This document shows positions 20,601-29,544 of a DNA stretch of 64,000 nt, in pieces. The DNA is from an uncultured archaeon (GTDB lineage: Archaea > Asgardarchaeota > Lokiarchaeia > Sigyniarchaeales > SOKP01): assembly GCA_964486045.1 (NCBI GenBank), contig CAZALK010000008.1:96001-160000 (forward strand), written 5' to 3'. Positions within the stretch are counted from its first letter, which is position 1, and each line of letters starts with the position of its first letter. The notes beneath the pieces are model-generated. The model did no database searches. It was not told the DNA's origin and saw only the letters and a list, made by a program, of their open reading frames with translations. A program made the translations under genes and the position numbers.

Positions 20601-23600
20601 TCTATTTCGTTATTTTGTCAGTAGTTCAAAATTATATTTTCTCTGTGAATATAAGTCTAATGGTAGTAGGATTCAGCTTATTTTCATCAAAATCCATAAA
20701 ATTATCACACAGAATAATTGATTTATGCCTTTCTTGGATTTTAATATTCAATTTCGCGTGGTTAACATTTAATACATTTAGTTTAGTTCCGCAATTGGTA
20801 TTATTTGCCTTCTTTTTAGCATTGACCGTTTTGGGATGTTCCTTTTTTATCTTTAATAAATATAAATTAAAATTTCATCTAAATCGCGCAATTCCATTGT
20901 TCATTGTTGCAATTGGAGCATCATCCTCTATAACATCATTGTTTTCTGTTTTCTTGGGTGCTTCACCTTATATTTTAATTAGCATATTTTCAGGGGTTTT
21001 TGTAATTTTTCTCTATTTTATAATTATTGAATACAGATATTTCCTTTGGTCTTTAATTCCTATTCCGTTGGCATTACCGGTCTTTGAATTGTTTTTATCA
21101 ATTGAAGCAATTCTCTCCTTGTGGTTTTTAGCTTTTTTGACCTTTTCAATAATTTATATCACCTTTTTTCAAGTAATATTTAATCTTTTTAAGAATTATG
21201 AAAGGGATGATACAAAAGAAATGAAGTATGAAGGGGACGATAAAATAGAAATGAAGAACAGTATGAAGAAGATTTTTCAAGATAAAAATCAAATTAAGCT
21301 AGTAAATTTCACATGTTTTATTCTCAATTCCCTATTTATCTCATTATTCATCTCAATTCTGGTCCCAGTTCTGCAAAATCAATTTTTATTCAATCAAATT
21401 ATTTTTGTCTATCAAATTATGGATTTTCTAATAATCTGGCCGATCTTTATATTATTTAGTTTAAAATATATCGAAAAATCAGAAATTAAAATAAAATTAA
21501 GAGATCCGCTCCTTTACTTCAATAAGATTTGTCGTGGCATATACTTACTAATTCCTACAGCTATGATTATTAACCTACTACTTTTTATGATTTATGCACA
21601 CATTGATACCATTATAATTTTCTACTCAATCGCTCTAATTTTTAGTGGTGTTATATTTTTTGAGTCATATGTTATCGACAGAAGATTTTTCTATTATTTA
21701 CTAAATTCCACGAGGGATAAGTTTAGCTTTTGGTCTTTAAGTGCGTTTATTAATTTATTAGCTTTTTTCTTCTTTATGTACCATCAAAACATATTCTTAC
21801 TAATAGTAACAATATCGCTTTTAAATCAGCTATGTTTCAATTTCCTCTCCCACCTAGACGTTTCAAAAGAAAAGATCTCCAATGGGCGAGTAATCCTATA
21901 TTATATTCTCTTCATTTCGGGATCATTCTATTTAGGTTCATTGATATCTAATGGAATTATGATAATCTTCGGAGTGTTGAGTGATTTGACATATTACCTA
22001 CTTATATTTCAAAATTCTTTTCTAATTTTATTTATTTTGAGTTACTTTCTCATAAAAGAAGATGTAAAGTTAAAAAGAGCAATTGAGATGATTCTTTTAA
22101 TGGTGTTTCAAGGATTATTGGCCATCAATTTCATGACTATCTTCAACTTATTCAACATTTTAAATATTTTCTCAACAATTTTAATTATTTTAATAGAAAC
22201 ATGCCTTAGTTTTCAAACTATTAAATATATTAATTCTCTCTTCTATAAAGGAAGGAAACCAGAATTCTTGACAAGAGCTTTTTCATTACTAATAATCCTA
22301 TTGTATTTTGAAACGAGTCTATTGTTTTATGGGTTGATAATTATTTTTACAGGAATTTTTGAAAGTATTTTGGTTTCTCAGTTGATATTTTTTGGATTAA
22401 CATTATTAGATATTTATTCACTTAAGAAAATAAAGAGGGGCTATGCACAATTAATCCATACATTTAGTTTCTTTGTGATTTCATTAATGGTTTTAATAAT
22501 TTTAAATACTTCAGCTGCAATTTTCCAAATATTACTGAGTTTGGAGGTGCTGTTGTTTATGTTAATGCAGTTTTATACCAATTATTCTTTTTTTGTTTCA
22601 TGGCATCAATTATACCCAAATAAAAAAGAGTTAATTGATAAAAGGAGATCAGAGATAACACGAGTTTTAGGAATTATTTTCTATACTAATTTATTTATCC
22701 TTTTACTCCAAGGATTATTAATATTCAGTCTCGATCTGCAATTAATTTTTTTACTTTTAAGTCTACTGGTTCACATCTTGATGATTATTGATACCTATGT
22801 TTTGAAATTTATAGGAAAAGTTTCTAATTACCTCAAGGTATTTTCTTGGGTTTTCATAATGACTTTTACAACAATTTATCTTATTTGGATTTATCTTCTA
22901 TATTTCTTTTCCTATTTAGCTACTTCTATACCTCTCCTCATTTTTATCTTACTATTTGAAACAGCTTACCTCTTTAAACTGTTAGATTTTTCAAAATATG
23001 TAATTTCAAATAAGAAGAAGATTAAAAAAATTCTCCTCTATATTTTATACTTAGATTTTATAACTTGGCCGGTATATAATGCAACATTAAATCCATTCTA
23101 TTCATTAAATCTGATGCTTGCTTCAGTAGGAATCTTGTTTATTTTAACTTATGTTGATAAATATTTAATTGGTGTATTTAATGAGAAACAGCAGGTAAAA
23201 CTTCGAAAAATTTCGTTTTTAACAATTGGAATCTTATTATCCTTTGATATATTCATCTCCTTAGGATTTATTCTGTCTCTCAATTTGTTCTTCACGTTAA
23301 GTGTAGCATTATTTACATTTGTAATTTTCTTAGGGATAATAATAAAACCATTTAAAGAACATTCCTCTATTGCCTTAGCTTTTTGGGCAGCTATTTTTTC
23401 TTTGTTAAGCTTGATAATATTCTTTTCCTCAAACTTGTTGGGAATCAGTGTAGCTATTTTTGTTATTACGGTTATTATTTACCCCTTTGTGTTTCTGTTG
23501 GAAGAATTACGTGAGCTCTTCAACAATTTTGTTGATGTCCTTATTAAAACCTTTAAAAAAATCAATCGACTAATAATAAATTTTCTAAAAACAGTTTTCA

Positions 23601-24088
23601 ACTTTGTAAAAATCCATTTCAAAGTAATTTGGACAATAATTAGTGCTTTTCTGGGGATATTTTTTGGTGTTCTTATATCCGATATTTCATCAATCTTCCC
23701 ATTTCTGTTTTCACTAGGTTACCTGAATCCAGTTCATTCTGTTTTACTAGCATTGGCAATTTTTGGTTTGCTTTATTTAATTATCCCGTACGCTCAAACG
23801 GATGATCCAGATATAATCTTCAAAAGAAGGATATTACGCTTATCCATCGGTTGGGGAAGTGTAATAGGGTTGTTGTTTATTGTAGTTACACCAGTTTGGT
23901 ATATTTTTACAGTTTTAATATCAATTGCAGTCGTAGGTTCCATAATATTAGTTTATATTGGTAGAAAGGAAGAGAGAGAGAAAATTTCAGTGAAATGGAG
24001 ATTTTACACACTCCTTTCTCTTTTCATATTATTAATACTTTTTTTGGTTTTATTCGTTTATCAACAACTCTCTATTAATCCTATCTAG
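14621..24088 (+). CDS. Giant polytopic membrane protein (3155 aa) of unknown function
   Basis: Uninterrupted 9.5-kb ORF; continuous hydrophobic helices with short basic loops; internal duplication. Confidence 0.88.
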   Translation: MKSKNSDKSEESFKKATEFLQKIWWFSFLVVIAPLATGLTGYLIFRFFQQNFYIELSFTVITYMFALLFFYKAFDKYRKNPFFLNKENNLVARIHIVYLISILALIVTPIFVYISPADSFLLLPVISFVPLYNIVYYYYRFQPIGFFNKAEGEFKHATNFLILVKQPYNLIIFVNYIAQIIFLSLTFFTEFSWLFALLNNLAFYLITFTVTRKISREINKSIKENKPFLQDLTKYKQRFVISITSLIFILLIQMPFVIMGLSGVQYTGLELMTGSFLSIIFVLIYVKTLFYINYYYNSLLSIYKDPTKSDDSEEEIPTQGIKYQKYNTFLSGVLIGSITFFCFLIRVHWILLIVLPFFFIFAYYEQKAKMYPKQYSKYIYLLNSISILIAISFGLFSNIFFLNIQLIIFLISLYFTLQILVRNKYFIKENIVIIQNFLAIASFTIITYSIFGYTSFENLIVFELAIFPSNPVVTFISNILLHGILISIISLVSFYFLFVRVFSIKRSKLFRFSVFGHVFLIELFIFILVNLRGFSLFEGIIALKLLLLSSLLFPSIFILFIFANYLLGLLSRKHFSQLIYYFLWVLIADIFLVIIFVFFNNTVLPVMLTLDFLFLSIFCQFNLKFGLNLGKVKDSTFERYVKINPYILTLELFALFFFSFYSVILIDLAWFDKIIFSSYFSLLVMTFLINILSRRNRVFSASIAFKINLIFLMFSAGLAFYYSFYYTLSTFYVFVTPFLSLFSILFFPIYYMYRKKIHLPLEKKYQEEEKGEEDQREGDGEEKVEKEEEREEEKEENVMRKFLIADCIILAIFITLIPSIISLEIYRLGLSVNILPTISFTILILPSILIFFVFVNHLLGVFSRKQFLLINHNVLWFLITNIFVAIFLTFLSNFVILALDFLFFSIFIQLNLKFGLKLGRVKETIFKRFSNLNSYVMAVELFILFFFFFYFLILINLAFYDNLILSIYLSLLVITILGNLFSKKELIFSNSMSIKINITTLIFSAGTAFYYSFLFTFSTFYVFLIPFLCLFSILFFPFYYLIKMKRYENLTRKILVIDCILIAIFLTFIPSILGLDLYFRLGELVDVISFLNFTFYIAISLLIFIYYLVEHYGMKDKYQLGVLKSQVIIEICLTGTTAFYYIFMLLSGTMYGFLIPFIAASCFFYLPILFSYKKRLFNVNLVKNTIFVNSLLLSGLIVLIPTFVGLEISSLGLGARIDFFMVTVLTLILLFVILKFLDFVCIKFKILEKIIKHLKLLEILAWFSFSLFTALWIFPYLLTELSFSLTIFTFFMLNIYTLRLLSDYSKELKISNYLLESILYGIVFSFSYLLVSLIQITFILNFLPSGLTSLNIVWYLGLFFLFSLIFIRLKLIKPRFESLRNWVELISWFSFKIFVSLFISVVLPLSILTQIIIFILIFSILSPVTLIYFKKLKIISEVAQFFTKKILLALFIISSLSLYLDLFNNFTRPILSFNISNFIPLTVIIANLFLFVYFCLLRYNSVIENYSITQLTRFYLSSFLLLISLFFMYFPLPIFSFFTLILIISRRSIINIFRFLAYLILGYILFIAITAFPFGGFIYVNSFDLNLLGYYSQIYLSALSIVLLFSIWLNIKKNNILEKFTLYSTFSLLSFVVLFSYSLIPLIYNITISLFIFLFFMGIYFYRLKNVLYKWFIKPCVLLAVFDLMSFISYFLLFNQPPYNQLPYVGLNQILTFTLTIGITGFVFLFLFNKAPANFRKKSFYFVLFAIILCIPTFLYFLIVSSFSIPFEDPVPIIFSINVGVFLFYLCVGIYQGRVSWAIWKSGWYVWNILPFVNFIIIYKSLSGVDVIKDSISLFGSNGFTGSSILSIIICSLFFLPVIYAKIKKHFLKIIFIVWGESLFLLYWISQNLFLSDFLLRNLLFVLFTVLLLMPILIGLKYWKIVSIFWITLIVINALFLLFYLVSIGISLEVTISIDILVIGLLLIIYSFFPNVRSIGIILIISYFIVLTGIFITVYFVILSVVQNYIFSVNISLMVVGFSLFSSKSIKLSHRIIDLCLSWILIFNFAWLTFNTFSLVPQLVLFAFFLALTVLGCSFFIFNKYKLKFHLNRAIPLFIVAIGASSSITSLFSVFLGASPYILISIFSGVFVIFLYFIIIEYRYFLWSLIPIPLALPVFELFLSIEAILSLWFLAFLTFSIIYITFFQVIFNLFKNYERDDTKEMKYEGDDKIEMKNSMKKIFQDKNQIKLVNFTCFILNSLFISLFISILVPVLQNQFLFNQIIFVYQIMDFLIIWPIFILFSLKYIEKSEIKIKLRDPLLYFNKICRGIYLLIPTAMIINLLLFMIYAHIDTIIIFYSIALIFSGVIFFESYVIDRRFFYYLLNSTRDKFSFWSLSAFINLLAFFFFMYHQNIFLLIVTISLLNQLCFNFLSHLDVSKEKISNGRVILYYILFISGSFYLGSLISNGIMIIFGVLSDLTYYLLIFQNSFLILFILSYFLIKEDVKLKRAIEMILLMVFQGLLAINFMTIFNLFNILNIFSTILIILIETCLSFQTIKYINSLFYKGRKPEFLTRAFSLLIILLYFETSLLFYGLIIIFTGIFESILVSQLIFFGLTLLDIYSLKKIKRGYAQLIHTFSFFVISLMVLIILNTSAAIFQILLSLEVLLFMLMQFYTNYSFFVSWHQLYPNKKELIDKRRSEITRVLGIIFYTNLFILLLQGLLIFSLDLQLIFLLLSLLVHILMIIDTYVLKFIGKVSNYLKVFSWVFIMTFTTIYLIWIYLLYFFSYLATSIPLLIFILLFETAYLFKLLDFSKYVISNKKKIKKILLYILYLDFITWPVYNATLNPFYSLNLMLASVGILFILTYVDKYLIGVFNEKQQVKLRKISFLTIGILLSFDIFISLGFILSLNLFFTLSVALFTFVIFLGIIIKPFKEHSSIALAFWAAIFSLLSLIIFFSSNLLGISVAIFVITVIIYPFVFLLEELRELFNNFVDVLIKTFKKINRLIINFLKTVFNFVKIHFKVIWTIISAFLGIFFGVLISDISSIFPFLFSLGYLNPVHSVLLALAIFGLLYLIIPYAQTDDPDIIFKRRILRLSIGWGSVIGLLFIVVTPVWYIFTVLISIAVVGSIILVYIGRKEEREKISVKWRFYTLLSLFILLILFLVLFVYQQLSINPI
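16274..17866 (+). repeat. Internal tandem duplication (~250 aa x2) within the giant membrane protein
   Basis: LDFLFLSIFCQFNLKFGLNLGKVK / LDFLFFSIFIQLNLKFGLKLGRVK; FSAGLAFYYSF / FSAGTAFYYSF; DCIILAIF / DCILIAIF; limits approximate. Confidence 0.85.
21197..21256 (+). repeat. 30-bp in-frame tandem duplication
   Basis: tatgaaagggatgatacaaaagaaatgaag / tatgaaggggacgataaaatagaaatgaag (YERDDTKEMK / YEGDDKIEMK). Confidence 0.8.
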
Positions 24089-24339
24089 GGATCATCCTGA
24101 AAGAAGAAGTGATTCATTTTCTTAATTTTGATATCTAAATCTTAGTTTTAGAGATCTCAACTTAAATTTAAATTTTTCTCACTGGTTTTTTTAGCTTGAA
24201 GCTTTTTTAGAATTTTTTTTCTTTCTTAGAAATATTCTTATTTAGTTGGAGAAAAATTATAAAATTTATATATGTGTTAAAATGAACTATTATAGACTAT
24301 CTAAAAAAAAAAAATATAATATAAAAAGTGATCACAAAT

Positions 24340-25743
24340 ATGGAATCTTTAACAAAAAGAATTCTAGCTATTGTTATTGTTGCTGTCGTTGTTACAGGTG
24401 TTGGACTCGGAGCATGGTTTTTTCTATTAGCTCCTGGTGCTAGTTATTACGAATGGAGTCTTTCTGATACTCCTGGCGCACCATCTAATGTTAACGCAAG
24501 TCAAATAATTAGAGTAGGTGTAATCGGAGATACAGAACGAATACAAGGTCAGGGATCAAAGAACGGAGCATGGCTTGCAGCATACGAAATAAATTCTGCA
24601 GGTGGAGTCACGGTTGGTGGTGAAGTATACTATATCGGAATATCAAGTGAAAATTCAGATGAAGCTAATCCTGTATTAGATACAGCTGTTGCAGTCTCTG
24701 CAGCAAAGAAACTTATTAATTTCAAAAGAGTTCAATTCGCAACAGGTGGATTTAGAACAGAAGCAGGATTGGCATATCAAGATCTGTGGATGGAAAAGAA
24801 AATTATTTTCTTTAATACAGGAGCTGCTACTGCTGGTCTAACTCAAAAAGTTCTGGATAATTATGCTACCTATAAATACTTTTTCCAACCTAGTCCTTTG
24901 AACACAACTGCTTTAGCAATAGAATTAATAACCTTAGTAATCTCTACAGCGTCGTACCAATCTACAGTTACAGGTCATAATATTTCAAGATTTTCGTTTT
25001 TGAGAGAAGATTATGATTGGACTGCTGGTTTTGCAGGCCTCATGATACCTGCTTTAGAAGCTTATAACTTAACCTTTACCGGTTCAAGCATTGCGTTTGC
25101 TCCAGATGCCACAGCGTTACAATTGGAGGCACATTGGAATACTATCAATAGTTCCAAAACCCAAATAGTAATTCCTCTAATTTCTGGCCCAATAGGATTA
25201 ACATATATGAATTCGTATGCTTCAATTCAGCCACAATGTATCCCAATTGGCATTAACGTTGTAGCACAAGACGGTGACTTCTATACTGACTCGAATGGAG
25301 ATGCTGCTTACGGTGTTACTCTTGAATCAGTATTCGAAACAAACAAGACATCATTAACTCTTGGTTTTTGGAATAACTACCTTACTAATTTTTCCACATC
25401 GCCAATATATACTGCGACTGGTTCTTATGATGCGATATACCAATTAGCATGGGCACTTGAAGGAGCTGATTCATTCGATTCTGATGATCTTGTCACACAA
25501 TTAGAGACATTAAAAATGGGAGCTGGTCTTGAAGGGGCTGGTGGAATCGGCGCTTATGACCAGAGTCATAGTCCTCATTATGGTTGGCCATATGGAATCG
25601 GTCTTGCCGTTCAATGGCAAGATGACGGAACTAAGAGATTAGTTCCAGCACCAGGTATTTATCCTAGTGGAGTTTATGAACCAGCACTTCAAAATATGGA
25701 TCCCCTCCAATTACCAGCTTGGGGTCTATATTATTTCGATTAA
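24340..25743 (+). CDS. livK: Branched-chain amino acid-type ABC transporter substrate-binding protein
   Basis: N-terminal membrane anchor; IRVGVIG...GAWLAAYEINSAGGV; GGFRTE; YDAIY; upstream of permease and ATPase genes. Confidence 0.88.
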   Translation: MESLTKRILAIVIVAVVVTGVGLGAWFFLLAPGASYYEWSLSDTPGAPSNVNASQIIRVGVIGDTERIQGQGSKNGAWLAAYEINSAGGVTVGGEVYYIGISSENSDEANPVLDTAVAVSAAKKLINFKRVQFATGGFRTEAGLAYQDLWMEKKIIFFNTGAATAGLTQKVLDNYATYKYFFQPSPLNTTALAIELITLVISTASYQSTVTGHNISRFSFLREDYDWTAGFAGLMIPALEAYNLTFTGSSIAFAPDATALQLEAHWNTINSSKTQIVIPLISGPIGLTYMNSYASIQPQCIPIGINVVAQDGDFYTDSNGDAAYGVTLESVFETNKTSLTLGFWNNYLTNFSTSPIYTATGSYDAIYQLAWALEGADSFDSDDLVTQLETLKMGAGLEGAGGIGAYDQSHSPHYGWPYGIGLAVQWQDDGTKRLVPAPGIYPSGVYEPALQNMDPLQLPAWGLYYFD

Positions 25744-25780
25744 ACGACAATCTAAGAAAAATCTAAAATAATAATAAATT

Positions 25781-25807
25781 TCCTTTTTTTTTGTTTTTTT
25801 TTTTTTT
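25781..25807 (+). terminator. Oligo-T tract, putative intrinsic terminator/attenuator after livK
   Basis: Long T run about 40 nt downstream of the livK stop. Confidence 0.5.
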
Positions 25808-26076
25808 ACATCCTATTATGTAATGTATATCCGTTGTAGTGTTTGCTTGATTAACCCGCGAGCATTTAAAATTCAGCTCTTTAATAATATACTAATTTGT
25901 AGTATTACATCTTAATATCTTTAAACTTGCGAATTAAAAAATAAGAATAATAAGCTTTTTATAGAATAAAAGCAAAATATCAATAAAATTATGATATTTA
26001 TTATGACAGTTCTTCAGATAAATTGATGTAACCTAAAAAAAAATTGAATATTTGATCTAAGGAGAGGGGATTTCGT

Positions 26077-26946
26077 TTGGTTGTTATAGAAATAATAATT
26101 TTTGGCACTGTACAAGGAGTTATTTTTGCCTTACTTGCTTTAGGTTACTCTTTAGTTTATGGTGTCGGTGGTATTTTGAATTTGGGCCATGGTGCCTATT
26201 ACTTAATCGCATCATATACATTCTATTTGACTTGGATAATAGTTGGTGGAACAGTTGGGTTTTTTTTAGGGATAATTTATTCCTTGATTGTCGCCATGCT
26301 AGTAGGTGTAGCTTCTTACCTTTTTATAATTAAACCCTTGCAAGAAATGCCAATAAGCATCTTGATTGGTACCTTTTCAGTAGGTTTTTTTATTGAACAA
26401 TTAGTGATGGTTATGGTTGATCGTAAACTCCATTCAATTCCCCCACTATTTGATTTTAGTATAAATATACTAGGCATTAATCTGCAAATACAGTATCTTT
26501 TTATTCTTTTTTTCTCAGCATTAATAATAATTACAGTAATAATTTTTATTAATAAATCCAAACTTGGGAAATCTATTCGAGCAGTTTCTCAAGATCGTGA
26601 GGCTGCTATGCTCATGGGTATAAATGCGGATAGAGTTCTTATGTATACAGTTATGATATCCGCACTTCTGGCTGGAATGGCTGCTGTTTTATTTACCCCT
26701 GTTGACGTCGTAGCTCCTTATAAAGGCTGGCCTATATTAACTAGTGCAATTGCGGTAGTAACTCTTGGTGGGATGGGAAGTCTCTCTGGAAGTGTGGTTG
26801 GAGCCTTTATTTTGGGGTATGCAAGACTTGCTACCGATTACCTTATCAACCCGGTTTATTCCTCTTTAATCCCAGTAGTAATTATTATTTTAATACTTGT
26901 AATTAGACCACGTGGTCTCTTCGGTAAAAAAGAAATGAATAAGTGA
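26077..26946 (+). CDS. livH: Branched-chain amino acid ABC permease
   Basis: ALGYSLVYGVGGILNLGHG, GKSIRAVSQDREAAMLMGIN, LGGMGSL, RPRGLFG. Confidence 0.93.
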   Translation: MVVIEIIIFGTVQGVIFALLALGYSLVYGVGGILNLGHGAYYLIASYTFYLTWIIVGGTVGFFLGIIYSLIVAMLVGVASYLFIIKPLQEMPISILIGTFSVGFFIEQLVMVMVDRKLHSIPPLFDFSINILGINLQIQYLFILFFSALIIITVIIFINKSKLGKSIRAVSQDREAAMLMGINADRVLMYTVMISALLAGMAAVLFTPVDVVAPYKGWPILTSAIAVVTLGGMGSLSGSVVGAFILGYARLATDYLINPVYSSLIPVVIIILILVIRPRGLFGKKEMNK

Positions 26947-26989
26947 TATAAATGAGAATTACATCATAGAATTTTAAATAATTTTAAAT

Positions 26990-28057
26990 GTGAAAACAGT
27001 GGCACTAAAGATACGTGAAAAATTTATCGGTGTTCCGAGTTATTTGAAGGATTGGGCATTAACTTTCAAAGGTGGGGTAACTATTTTCTGTTTGTTCGTA
27101 CTCTTTTGTATCCCACTTCTTACTCAGCAGGTTTACTACTTAGGGATTATAAGTCTAGCGATGATTTATTCAATTTTTGCTGCTTCCTGGGATTTCTTAG
27201 CAGGATATACAGGTCAGGTTAGCTTTGGACATTCTATTTTCTTTGGGTTATCAGGTTATATAACTAGCGCTATTCTTGTTGAGGTTTTCGTAACACCAAT
27301 TGGTCAAAGCACCAATTGGTGGTGGTTAGCTCTAATTCTTGGAGTCCTTGTCGCGGTGGGTGTTGGTTTCATAGTAGGAATTATATGTTTAAGATTGAAA
27401 GGCCCCTACTTAGCTTTAGGTACCTTGACAATTGCTTTACTATTGATGAATTTATTTAGAATTGGCACACTAAAAGATATTTTATGGGGGGATGAAGGGA
27501 TTTCAGGTGTCCCAGCGTTACACACCAACTCAAATGTAGTTTTTTATGTCACATTGATTTTTATGATTATTTCTCTAACAGCAATGATCCATATCAGTAA
27601 GTCAAACATGGGCACTATTTTTAAATCTATTCGCGATGATGAAAAAGGATCAGAATCTTCAGGTATTAACACAACAAAATATAAAGTTATTGCGTTTGTG
27701 ATTAGTAGCCTTTTTGCTGGACTTGCTGGTGGTCTTTTTGTTATGTATAATAGAAGTGTAAATCCTTTAATTTTTCAACCTTATTATTCATTTATTGTGT
27801 TAATTATGGCGGCCTTAGGGGGAATTGCTACAGTCTCTGGATCAGCCTTAGGTGCTTTCACCTTTATTTTATTAAACGAGATTCTTAGAGATTTACAAGA
27901 AATAGATTCATCAAACCCATTCTTAGCGGCTTTTACTACTCCAGCATTTGTTTTTTCTATCCTGTTAATACTTATAATTCGATTTGCATCAGAGGGAATT
28001 TTAAAAGCTGCTTTAGAAAAATTAAAAGATTTTTGGGATGTTCTACTTGGAAGATAA
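26990..28057 (+). CDS. livM: Branched-chain amino acid ABC permease
   Basis: GYTGQVSFGHSIFFG, LRLKGPYLALGTL, SIRDDE...GIN, LGGIAT. Confidence 0.93.
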   Translation: MKTVALKIREKFIGVPSYLKDWALTFKGGVTIFCLFVLFCIPLLTQQVYYLGIISLAMIYSIFAASWDFLAGYTGQVSFGHSIFFGLSGYITSAILVEVFVTPIGQSTNWWWLALILGVLVAVGVGFIVGIICLRLKGPYLALGTLTIALLLMNLFRIGTLKDILWGDEGISGVPALHTNSNVVFYVTLIFMIISLTAMIHISKSNMGTIFKSIRDDEKGSESSGINTTKYKVIAFVISSLFAGLAGGLFVMYNRSVNPLIFQPYYSFIVLIMAALGGIATVSGSALGAFTFILLNEILRDLQEIDSSNPFLAAFTTPAFVFSILLILIIRFASEGILKAALEKLKDFWDVLLGR

Positions 28058-28098
28058 TAGATATTGAAAAAATTGAAACTATAGCGGAATGTAAGAAT

Positions 28099-28839
28099 AT
28101 GGGAGTAATTTTAGAAGTTAAAAATTTAACGAAAAAGTTTGGAGGATTAACAGCGGTTAACGATTTCAGTTTTGAAATCAGGAGAGGAGAATTTGTTGGT
28201 TTAATTGGACCAAATGGTGCAGGTAAAACAACTTTATTTAATCTAATATCGGGATTCGATAAACCTAGCTCAGGATCAATCCGGTTTGATGGTGTTGATA
28301 TCACTGGTTTAAAACCCTTCAAAATTGTAAATTTGGGACTTGCGCGAACATTCCAACTAGTTAAATCATTTAAATTTCTCAGCCTTCTCGATAATATAGC
28401 AGTTTCGTGCCTTTCAGATAGAGGGAGAATTGTTTCAAAAAAAGTTGGAATTGATGAATATGCAAGCTCAATTCTCACATCAGTTGGTCTTGTGGATAAA
28501 GCTAGAGTACCACCTGTAATTTTACCTCACGGTGATTTGAGAAGATTACAGATTGGCAAGGCTATTGCTACAAACCCAGAACTACTTCTACTTGATGAGC
28601 CATTTAGTGGTCTTTCATTCGAAGCGAAATTATGGATAACTGATCTAATTAAAAAATTAAATGAGATGGGTGTTACAATTTTTATAACTGGTCATGTTTT
28701 GCGAGAACTTATGTCATTGGTACCCAGGGTGATTGCCATGCATCAAGGAAAATTTATTGCTGATGATTCTCCTCAAAAAATTGTTAAAAATAAAATTGTG
28801 CTTGAAGCATATTTAGGAGGAAGTACAGAATTTGCTTGA
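28099..28839 (+). CDS. livG: Branched-chain amino acid ABC ATP-binding protein
   Basis: KKFGGLTAV, GPNGAGKTT, ARTFQ, LLDEP, EAYLG; ATG 28099 preferred. Confidence 0.93.
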   Translation: MGVILEVKNLTKKFGGLTAVNDFSFEIRRGEFVGLIGPNGAGKTTLFNLISGFDKPSSGSIRFDGVDITGLKPFKIVNLGLARTFQLVKSFKFLSLLDNIAVSCLSDRGRIVSKKVGIDEYASSILTSVGLVDKARVPPVILPHGDLRRLQIGKAIATNPELLLLDEPFSGLSFEAKLWITDLIKKLNEMGVTIFITGHVLRELMSLVPRVIAMHQGKFIADDSPQKIVKNKIVLEAYLGGSTEFA

Positions 28840-29536
28840 ATTAAAAAAAGTGTATCATTATTATGGGAAGGCAAAGATCCTAGAAGAACTAAATCTAAAA
28901 CTTGAAGAAGGAAATCTAGATTCTGTTATCGGCCCAAATGGAGCGGGTAAATCAACAATTCTCAGAGTAATTTCTGGTTTAGAAGAAATTGAAAGAGGAA
29001 AAGTAGTATTTTTAGGAAAGAGAATTGACGATTTTAAAGCTCATAAAATTGCAAGAATGGGAATTTCTCAATGCCCAGAGCGTCGTAGATTATTTTATGA
29101 TATGAGTGTTGCGGATAACCTCAAAATGGGAACTTATTTAAGTAAAAATAAAAAAAGATCGAAGGAATTAAAAAAGTTTATTTTTGAAATATTTCCACGC
29201 CTTAAAGAACGATTGAAACAACGAGCTGGAACTTTAAGTGGTGGAGAACAACAAATGCTTGCCATAGCACGAGCACTTTTATCTAATCCTAAAGTACTTT
29301 TAATGGATGAACCCTCTATAGGTTTAGCTCCAAAGATTAAGAAAAATATATTTAATGCCATTGTTAAAATAAAAAAGGAGGGTAAAACCATATTGCTGGT
29401 TGAACAGGATGCAGTATTAGCTTTGGCCATTTCAGATACAGTCCATGTTCTTGAGGAGGGTAAAATTGAAATGAGAGGATCAAAAGAAGAATTAGAGAGA
29501 GAACCTCGAATAAGAGAAATATATCTTGGAATTTAA
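28832..29536 (+). CDS. livF: Branched-chain amino acid ABC ATP-binding protein
   Basis: GPNGAGKST, LSGGEQQMLAIARAL, MDEPS, LLVEQ, YLG. Confidence 0.93.
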   Translation: MLELKKVYHYYGKAKILEELNLKLEEGNLDSVIGPNGAGKSTILRVISGLEEIERGKVVFLGKRIDDFKAHKIARMGISQCPERRRLFYDMSVADNLKMGTYLSKNKKRSKELKKFIFEIFPRLKERLKQRAGTLSGGEQQMLAIARALLSNPKVLLMDEPSIGLAPKIKKNIFNAIVKIKKEGKTILLVEQDAVLALAISDTVHVLEEGKIEMRGSKEELEREPRIREIYLGI

Positions 29537-29544
29537 GGTGATTA

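Noticed and set aside
14621-24088. Piezo orthologue
   Set aside because: No extracellular cap/pore module or PFEW-like motif recognisable; only size and hydrophobicity are similar
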